Assembly: GCA_965644295.1 (NCBI GenBank)
Contig: CBFFRP010000458.1
Coordinates: 1 to 32,492, forward strand
DNA from: Paraphysomonas bandaiensis
Lineage: Eukaryota > Protista > Chrysophyceae
Length of the DNA stretch: 32,492 nt
Reading direction: 5' to 3'
A program made the position numbers and the translations under genes. The notes below the pieces were generated by a model. The model ran no database searches, was not told where the DNA came from, and saw only the letters and a program-made list of their open reading frames with translations. Every line of letters begins with the position of its first letter. Within the stretch, counting starts at the first letter, position 1. Of this stretch, positions 24,232 to 32,492 are shown in pieces.

Positions 24232-25941
24232 TCACTTCATAATATCCAAGTGGCCACCACCAGCTGCAGCCAAACTGCAAGTTTCTTCATCCCATGGACA
24301 TGGAGGGTCCTGTGAACGAATCCACATCAGAATATCCAAGTGGCCACCACAAACTGCATCTTTGCAAGTATTTTCATCCCACGGACATGGAGGGTCCTGT
24401 GAACGAAGCCACTTCAGAACATCCAAGTGGCCACCACCTGCTGCAGCCCTGCAAGTGAATTTATCCCATGGACATGGAGGGTCCTGTGAACGAAGCCACT
24501 TCAGAACATCCAAGTGGCCACCACAAACTGCATCTTTGCAAGTATTTTCATCCCACGGACATGGAGGGTCCTGTGAACGAAGCCACTTCAGAACATCCAA
24601 GTGGCCACCACCTGCTGCATCTTTGCAAGTATTTTCATCCCATGGACATGGAGGGTCCTGTGAACGAACCCATTTCAGAATATCCAAGTGTCCAGCCCTA
24701 GCAGGCCATATGCAAGTGAATTTATCCCATGGACATGGAGGGTCCTGTGAACGAACCCACTTTAGAACATCCAAGTGGCCACCACCAGCTGCATCCATGC
24801 AAGTGTCTTCATCCCATGGACATGGAGGGTCCTGTGAGCGAAGCCACTTCAAAACATCCAAGTGGCCACCACCAGCAGCAGCATTGCAAGTGAATTTATC
24901 CCATGGAGGTGAAGGGTCCTGTGTACGTACCCACTTCAGAATATCCAAGTGGCCACCACCAGCAGCCCACATGCAAGTGTCTTCATCCCATGGACATGGA
25001 GGGTCCTGTGAACGAAGCCACTCCAGAACATTCAAGTGGCCACTAGTAGCAGCCCAACAGCAAGTTAAATTATCCCATGGACATGGAGGGTCCTGTGAAC
25101 GAAGCCACTTCAGAATATCCAAGTGGCCACCACCTGCTGCAGCCCTGCAAGTTTCTTCATCCCATGGACATGGAGGGTCCTGTGAACGAAGCCACTTCAG
25201 AACATCCAAGTGGCCACCACCACCAGCAGCTTTGCAAGTTCGTTCATCCCATGGACATGGAGGGTCCTGTGAACGAAGCCACTTCAGAATATCCAAGTGT
25301 CCAGCCCTAGCAGGCCATATGCAAGTGAATTTATCCCATGGACATGGAGGGTCCTGTGAACGAAGCCACATCAGAACATCCAAGTGGCCACCACCAGCTG
25401 CATCCATGCAAGTTTCTTCATCCCATGGACATGGAGGGTCCTGTGAACGAAGCCACTTCAGAACATCCAAGTGGCCACCACCACCAGCAGCTTTGCAAGT
25501 TCGTTCATCCCATGGACATGGGGAGTCCAGTAAACGAATCCACTTTGAAACAACCAACTGTCCATTGGTTGTAGCAGTAAAGCAAGTGTCTTTATCCAAT
25601 AAATATGTGTCTGTAGAGTCCTGTTCATATATATATATATATATATGTCTCATGAGGTGCATCATCTGCTGTAGTCTGCCGTATTGTGCACATGTATTCA
25701 TTAGCAGTCTCTCTGGACAGCCCATAGACAGAGCCCATGAAACCATTGAGTTGGTCATACAGTAGTGAGATGCATGTGACTCAAGTCTCCTCTTATCTCT
25801 GCTCTTATCAGCCATATCGTGAAATCTCTTACAAGTCATGACCACAGGAAGGAGAGCTGAGTGTGGGATCATAGAGATGATGAGACGAATCACATCATCA
25901 TTAAGAACAGATATACTTGACTTATATGAACACTGATTCAT
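24232..25941 (-). CDS. F-box-like + ankyrin-repeat protein (15 intact 26-aa CPWD repeats), intronless, truncated by a premature stop
   Basis: N-terminal LNDDVIRLIISMI...LLPVVMTCKRF is F-box-like. The repeat unit is CPWDxxTCxxAAxGGHLD(V/I)LKWLRSQDPP (78 bp). The stop is a TGA at the conserved Trp codon of a repeat. Confidence 0.88.
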   Translation of the reverse strand: MNQCSYKSSISVLNDDVIRLIISMIPHSALLPVVMTCKRFHDMADKSRDKRRLESHASHYCMTNSMVSWALSMGCPERLLMNTCAQYGRLQQMMHLMRHIYIYIYEQDSTDTYLLDKDTCFTATTNGQLVVSKWIRLLDSPCPWDERTCKAAGGGGHLDVLKWLRSQDPPCPWDEETCMDAAGGGHLDVLMWLRSQDPPCPWDKFTCIWPARAGHLDILKWLRSQDPPCPWDERTCKAAGGGGHLDVLKWLRSQDPPCPWDEETCRAAAGGGHLDILKWLRSQDPPCPWDNLTCCWAATSGHLNVLEWLRSQDPPCPWDEDTCMWAAGGGHLDILKWVRTQDPSPPWDKFTCNAAAGGGHLDVLKWLRSQDPPCPWDEDTCMDAAGGGHLDVLKWVRSQDPPCPWDKFTCIWPARAGHLDILKWVRSQDPPCPWDENTCKDAAGGGHLDVLKWLRSQDPPCPWDENTCKDAVCGGHLDVLKWLRSQDPPCPWDKFTCRAAAGGGHLDVLKWLRSQDPPCPWDENTCKDAVCGGHLDILMWIRSQDPPCPWDEETCSLAAAGGGHLDIMK

Positions 25942-26151
25942 AGTTTACATGAGGCTAGTAGAGTGTATCTAACATCATGAGATGAGTCGATGATAATATC
26001 ATACGCGCCGTATATACAGTATGCCATACAGCAGCAGTCATATGCTCTGTATGTGTACGCACTACGAAGCATCCCCTGAATCTGCATGGGACAAACACCG
26101 AGCAAAGAAGACATGATTCCGTTCCGTAGCGCCAATACACTGTTGTGTACG

Positions 26152-26162
26152 TACATACATAC

Positions 26163-26193
<31 letters not shown>

Positions 26194-26379
26194 CATACAT
26201 ACATACATACATACATACATACATACATACATACATACATACATACATACATACATACATACATACATACATACATACATACATACATACATACATACAT
26301 ACATAATACATACATACATACATACATACATACATACATACATACATACATACATACATACATACATACATACATACAT
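26152..26379. repeat. (CATA)n microsatellite
   Basis: About 230-bp near-perfect array. Confidence 0.99.
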
Positions 26380-26571
26380 GAAATAGTCAACGCCATGTCG
26401 AAGAAGTTCTCAGACATGCATTTCTCCCGAGGTGTGCCTATGAACAGCACTCTGTTTCGGCATCGACCTAAAGGGTTGTGTTATAATGACGTCAATGATA
26501 CTGTTCAAAGGCACACCTGGGGAGAAATGCATGTCTGAGAACTTCTTCGACATGGCGTTGACTATTTCATG
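26377..26571. repeat. 71-bp inverted repeat (foldback) with a 53-nt spacer
   Basis: 26377-26447 is the reverse complement of 26501-26571, with 2 mismatches. Confidence 0.95.
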
Positions 26572-26712
26572 AAGGATCCTCAATTCAATCAAGTGACGAG
26601 CGTGTTAATTCAACTCCAGCCTCCTTTTCACGCTATTCTCTTGATAATTCCAGTAACTCGTTATCCACTACTGGGAGCAGTACGAAACGCAGGATTCGAG
26701 GAAGTAGCAATA

Positions 26713-27041
26713 CAGACACACAGAGGAGGAGGCACCCGGGCGCTCTGAGCCGCATAGGCATAAAAGCCAGAAAACCATAGAGCCATAATCCATTCTTATT
26801 TTAATATTATTTAATATTATATAAGAGTGTTTAAAGTATAGTATTATTTAAAATTTTAGTATTTAAAAGTTAGTTATAAAATATATAAGATAATTTATAT
26901 TTAAAGTTTACTTTTTAAGCTTAGTTTTTTAAAACTTAGAGTAGTAAGGAAAGAGTAATAAAACAAGATGAAGCGCCCTCCCGGCGCAAGAGGGATGCCT
27001 AAGCGGCTCAGAGCGCCCGGGTGCCTCCTCCTCTCTGTGTG
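26713..27041. mobile_element. Non-autonomous TIR element (MITE-like) with a probable TA target duplication
   Basis: GC-rich TIRs of about 45 bp (cacacagaggaggaggcacccgggcgctctgagccgc(a/t)taggcat) enclose a very AT-rich core. TA lies at 26711-26712 and 27042-27043. Confidence 0.85.
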
Positions 27042-28715
27042 TACTACATCTGCAGCCGAAGTAATAGAGCGCAGTATAGAGAATGAAATGAATTCATTAG
27101 CGAAATCATTATTTGGATCAGCAGTGCAATCAAGAGCTCGCCTTTAAAAAATTTCGAGGTAATAATTTACAGCTGGCAAATATTATGAAGGACAGCCAAC
27201 ATCACGAAGCCATTATTAATCACTTGATGGTTGAAGAGAATGTGAATAGATTCAGGAGATGATGCTAAGCTGCAGGAGAAATATGTTCTTGAAACCATTT
27301 GGGTTTAATTGAATGAGGTACTATCGTAGTCCTTCTTTATATTATCGACCAAGAATACTACTACATAAACCCCTAGGGTTACACAATTACCTACAGTCCA
27401 TACAGTATTAGATGTATATGTGGTGTACATTCATACACAATTATTACAATTATTAAACGATAGTGGTGTAGTGAAGGGACGATACTCCTTATCCCTAGGT
27501 TAAATTGTAGTTTATCCTCCTGACGTTGAAAAGTTAATATTAGATTGTAGAGCTATTCGTAGCATGCTTGCTGTATTAAGAAATAGATATTCCCTGATTA
27601 TTTTTAAGAACACAAATGAGAACTCATATAGTTTCAAATCAATAATATGTATACTGTAAGTGTGATGGTGAATGTGAACAGTTGAAGTGAAAGAGAGGCT
27701 TCTTATTCCCTTAATTAGCATCACATATATATATACCTCTTTATATACAGCAGGCTTTACCTCTGCAAGTGCACCTGATCGAATGATGTGTGTATGATAT
27801 GAGGTACACAATATCATGAGAAGCACGATATCAAACCCTGAAAGAATTGGGTGCCACTGCTCCTAATCACCTTTATAGCATCAGAGCATCAGATATGGTA
27901 CTTAAACTCTCCTGTAATGTTCTTGAAGTTGTTTCGAAGTCCTGGATATGAAGACAGAGCACTTGCACTGACATCGTTGTGATCTTATACAACAGTCGAA
28001 GGATGGAATATAACCTGGAGTGTCTAATGGTTTAACTCATGATTGTACTTTCTCTATAATTGCGTGGACTATAATGAAATCACATACATATGACTGTCAT
28101 TATGTCATTATCATACTTAGGATAGAAGTGAGCTTCTGTTGAACTGAATATTGAAGTTGAATGTCTATATTTGCCCGGTGCTGATATGAGCGCCGTGTTG
28201 AGTCAAAATCAGGTCAAAAAAAAGCTTTTTTTGAGACAAAATGGGGATAAATACAAAGTCAGCAGATTAGCATCTACATGTTTACTTATATGTATTATTT
28301 AAGAGAATTCTGAACAGTGACTTAAAGTTGCCATGGTGCACCGTGCAACTGTAAGCCCTCAACAGCTGCTGGAAACACATTAAGAAAGAATTATATAGAC
28401 ACAGAAAGGGAATATTTAATTAAGGACACACACGCCCTGGCCACTGATCCCTACCAAATACTGAAGCTTCATACTTAGTACATGACAATCACCACAAGAT
28501 GCTCTATCAATAGCGGGAAAATGTATGAAACAGTTACGCAGAACTTGACATACTTCAATACAATACAGGGTACGATAAAAACATTGCATATAAAAACGGA
28601 TCCATACATGTGAGCGTGTTCTTGAAAGCGATAAGAGAAAATAGTGAGCGTAATTTAAGTGACGGTACAAGGAAAGAGCTCTCTGAGAAGACCAGAAGAA
28701 AAGATAGAGGAGGAA

Positions 28716-30217
28716 TTAGAGCAGCAATTCATCAATATCCTGGTCAGAAAGATGGGCGTATCCAATACTGGTGGTGCGGTCCTCAGCGGTCAGTCCAAAC
28801 ACACCACGAGTGATAGGGTCAGCGCTCTGATAACTACTGGCCATATGTAGCAGTGGAACATCTTCCCCGCCATGACGGGGGTAACGATTACTGTCCACCG
28901 ACAAGGACCGCCCAACACTCAACTGCATCGACTTTACAGGGCTGAACCTTCTAGTTGACGGTGGAGCTGTGGCTGGCGAAAAAGGTGTCACTACATTCTC
29001 ATTCCCACGGGTGGGGGAAGAACGACAAGGAGTTTCTAAGCGAGAAGAGGATGCGTGAATGGGATTCACACCAGGGGGCTTGGTAGGTGTTACGCGAAGA
29101 TCACCGTCGAGAGCAAGACGCTTCCTGCGTTCTGATTCAGCAAATGCGAGGATGTCCGCCCTGCTGAGTCGACCCCTGTCGGCACTAACCATCAAAACAA
29201 ACATTATGAAGGAGGAAATGTAGACAACTTACTCCTGATTCCGTGAAAATTCTTGTATTGCACAAAGCCACTTCTGCACATCTGCCTCATTATCTAGAAC
29301 CTCAAGGTGAACCAGAAGTTTCACCAAAAACTCAAATTGGTCAATGTCTTGTCCGGTGTAAAATGAAGAGTCGATTGCCAGAGAGCTGCACATTGATATG
29401 AGTACAAGTAATCGCCACAGCAAAAGCGCACAGAACAACGTTGGATACCACTCCCAGTTAAAGATAACAAACGTGATGCGGTACAGCCATGGACATACCT
29501 TAAATTTTTGGACTTGTCCTCAATCGCTTGGATGCGGAGAAGTTCAAGAACTTCTATGCGCAATGCGCAAAGGTGACTAATGATGTTCATGACGGCCGTA
29601 ATGAACGCCCATTGATACAGCAAAAGAAACACCTGTGAGCTAAACTTTTCCGCCCAGAGATCTGCCAAGATTTTAAAATCATCATGTATTAAATGAGTAT
29701 GTCTTATACCTCTATCTGATGTGGAACTCTTAAGCGTCACACTGTAATAGAGTGCATCGGCAACTCTCCACTCCTCATTACCCATAAAAAAAAGTGTTCC
29801 GATACCCAATACAGAAATCATAGTAAGAGAAGGATAGATTAATCGATGTAAGTAAATAGATTGAAGTGATAGTGTATATATTCCTTTATTATATCTATCA
29901 GTAGTAGCTCTCTTTGCTTTAGCACGAGCCATACCTACTTCAGTTATAATAAAACTACTTAATACATTAATTGTAATCATAATTCCAATAATTGTAAAGA
30001 AAGCAATAAATATCCGATAATTTGATGGTGTTTGACGGGCTGGTAATGCCTCTCTTCCCACTGCAGTCATACATGCTGTAGTTAGTAAGAGAGACTCTAT
30101 AAGTAACCAGTGTAGCTGATAATGAAAGAAATATATGCCTAATATGTAGTAGATAATGATAGGACCTAAGATGATTCGACGACGATTGATCCATGGGGTG
30201 TTTGATGATGTATACAT
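28716..30217 (-). CDS. Two-pore-domain (TPK/K2P-like) channel homologue with degenerate selectivity filters
   Basis: Proposed exons 30217-29710, 29661-29499, 29385-29233 and 29184-28716. Topology is TM-pore-TM twice (WLLIESLLLTTACMTAVG; EEWRVADALYYSVTL), followed by the TPK-like EF-hand region IDQFEFLVKLLVHLEVL...DVQKW...GRLSRADI. The start and the 48-nt in-frame intron are uncertain. Confidence 0.72.
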
Positions 30218-30645
30218 GGGGTATATGAGAGGATAGGAGGGGTTAGGTAGTACGAGACATTGAAGGGTTACTAAGAGGGAATAGAGGCTATAAAAGAGAA
30301 AAAGAAGATAAGAAATGAATAAAGAAAGTGTTCATTAGTAGAAGAGATTGTATAGAAGGTGTATTGGACTGATATTATATCGAATGATAGAGTAATGAAG
30401 GAGTGTATGATTATATATGGAAATCTACGTAGAGGGAGACGGAGATGGGGTTGAACTGAATAAAATATAGGGATGTGTGTAGGGAATAGAACAATAGTGT
30501 GTGGGTGTATGGGAGAGAGGGATGTGGGGTGGAGGTGTGAGGAAAAAAGAGTGTATGTGATTCTATTCGTGTCCATATAAGATACACGTATGTCTCAACA
30601 GAGACCCTTCAACCCTTTGTCCACGAATTCTCGTATGCGTTCATA

Positions 30646-31282
30646 TATACATACATACATACATACATACATACATACATACATACATACATACATACAT
30701 ACATACATACATACATACATACATACATACATACATACATACATACATACATACATACATACATACATACATACATACATACATACATACATACATACAT
30801 ACATACATACATACATACATACATACATACATACATACATACATACATACATACATACATACATACATACATACATACATACATACATACATACATACAT
30901 ACATACATACATACATACATACATACATACATACATACATACATACATACATACATACATACATACATACATACATACATACATACATACATACATACAT
31001 ACATGCATACATACATACATACATACATACATACATACATACATACATACATACATACATACATACATACATACATACATACATACATACATACATACAT
31101 ACATACATACATACATACATACATACATACATACATACATACATACATACAGACATACATACATACATACATACATACATACATACATACATACATACAT
31201 ACATACATACATACATACATACATACATACATACATACATACATACATACATACATACATACATACATACATACATACATAC
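30646..31282. repeat. (CATA)n microsatellite, about 635 bp
   Basis: Near-perfect array with single CATG and CAGA variants. Confidence 0.99.
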
Positions 31283-31341
31283 AGATCACTATTTCAGGAT
31301 CTCTGATATGAATATATTCCGAAGTCATACTTATGTCGAGA

Positions 31342-31390
31342 GGTAGTGATCCCCCTGTATGTATCAACGTCACACAGGGGGATCACTACC
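31342..31390. repeat. Perfect 17-bp inverted repeat with a 15-nt loop
   Basis: ggtagtgatccccctgt ... acagggggatcactacc. Confidence 0.95.
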
Positions 31391-31480
31391 ATTTTTACAA
31401 TACATGTGCTTAGATTTCAATTACATGATGAATAATCTGAAGCATGTTCGTCATCTATCATCGTAGATTCCCAACTATAG

Positions 31481-32492
31481 TGTTATACAACTGTGTAGAT
31501 GTATATGTTGTGTATGTGTATGTTGTGTATTGCTTCTGTGATGACCTATAATAGCTTCCGCCGTTTCTGATCTTTCATGAAAGACGCAGCTATATACATT
31601 GTCTGAGAAGTGTTATACAACTGTGTAGATGTATATGTTGTGTATGTGTATGTTGTGTTTTGATGAAAACTTTATTTATATAATGTGTATTGCTTCTGTG
31701 ATGACCAATAATAGCTTCCGCCGTTTCTGATCTTTCATGAAAGACGCAGCTATATACATTGTCTGAGAAGTGTTATACAACTGTGTAGATGTATATGTTG
31801 TGTATGTGTATGTTGTGTTTTGATGAAAACTTTATTTATATAATGTGTATTGCTTCTGTGATGACCAATAATAGCTTCCGCCGTTTCTGATCTTTCATGA
31901 AAGACGCAGCTATATACATTGTCTGAGAAGTGTTATACAACTGTGTAGATGTATATGTTGTGTATGTGTATGTTGTGTTTTGATGAAAACTTTATTTATA
32001 TAATGTGTATTGCTTCTGTGATGACCAATAATAGCTTCCGCCGTTTCTGATCTTTCATGAAAGACGCAGCTATATACATTGTCTGAGAAGTGTTATACAA
32101 CTGTGTAGATGTATATGTTGTGTATGTGTATGTTGTGTTTTGATGAAAACTTTATTTATATAATGTGTATTGCTTCTGTGATGACCAATAATAGCTTCCG
32201 CCGTTTCTGATCTTTCATGAAAGACGCAGCTATATACATTGTCTGAGAAGTGTTATACAACTGTGTAGATGTATATGTTGTGTATGTGTATGTTGTGTTT
32301 TGATGAAAACTTTATTTATATAATGTGTATTGCTTCTGTGATGACCAATAATAGCTTCCGCCGTTTCTGATCTTTCATGAAAGACGCAGCTATATACATT
32401 GTCTGAGAAGTGTTATACAACTGTGTAGATGTATATGTTGTGTATGTGTATGTTGTGTTTTGATGAAAACTTTATTTATATAATGTGTATTG
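31481..32492. repeat. 160-bp tandem satellite, continuing beyond the window
   Basis: Units start at 31611, 31771, 31931, 32091, 32251 and 32411 and look identical. The first unit (31481-31610) lacks 30 bp. Confidence 0.98.

Noticed and set aside
23900-25520. CRISPR-like appearance (constant repeat plus variable segment)
   Set aside because: The units are in-frame protein repeats, the variable parts are only a few codons and recur, there are no cas genes, and the context is eukaryotic.
24098-25765. 555-aa plus-strand ORF with SHGHGGSCERSH repeats
   Set aside because: Antisense shadow of the ankyrin array; a stop-free repeat unit propagates an open frame.
27876-27890. tagcatcagagc resembling a tRNA-Met primer-binding site (TGGTATCAGAGC)
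   Set aside because: Two mismatches, and no adjacent LTR or gag could be identified.
28610-28850. Short plus-strand ORFs
   Set aside because: They overlap the 3' end of the channel gene in antisense, start at GTG, and show no motifs.

Overview
Eukaryotic nuclear DNA with short GT-AG introns (mostly 45-130 nt). A CCDC151/ODA-DC gene indicates a flagellated organism; a protist such as a stramenopile is my inference. Spliced genes I reconstructed by hand: an EndoU RNase with a C-terminal IQ motif, a 7-repeat Myb protein, ORC2, an internally duplicated RBR-like E3 ligase, CCDC151/ODAD3, and a two-pore K+ channel-like protein lacking GYG in both pore loops. Intronless genes: a C2H2 + 3CxxC zinc-finger protein, a small RING protein resembling giant-virus proteins, and an F-box-like + 26-aa ankyrin-repeat protein with a decaying 3' end. 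Repeats and mobile DNA: three long (TATG)n microsatellites, a Ty1/copia RT relic, a hAT transposase relic, a TIR/MITE-like element, a 71-bp foldback, a 111-bp dispersed direct repeat, and a 160-bp satellite running off the right end. No rRNA, tRNA or CRISPR array was recognised. All family assignments come from motif recognition, not database searches.
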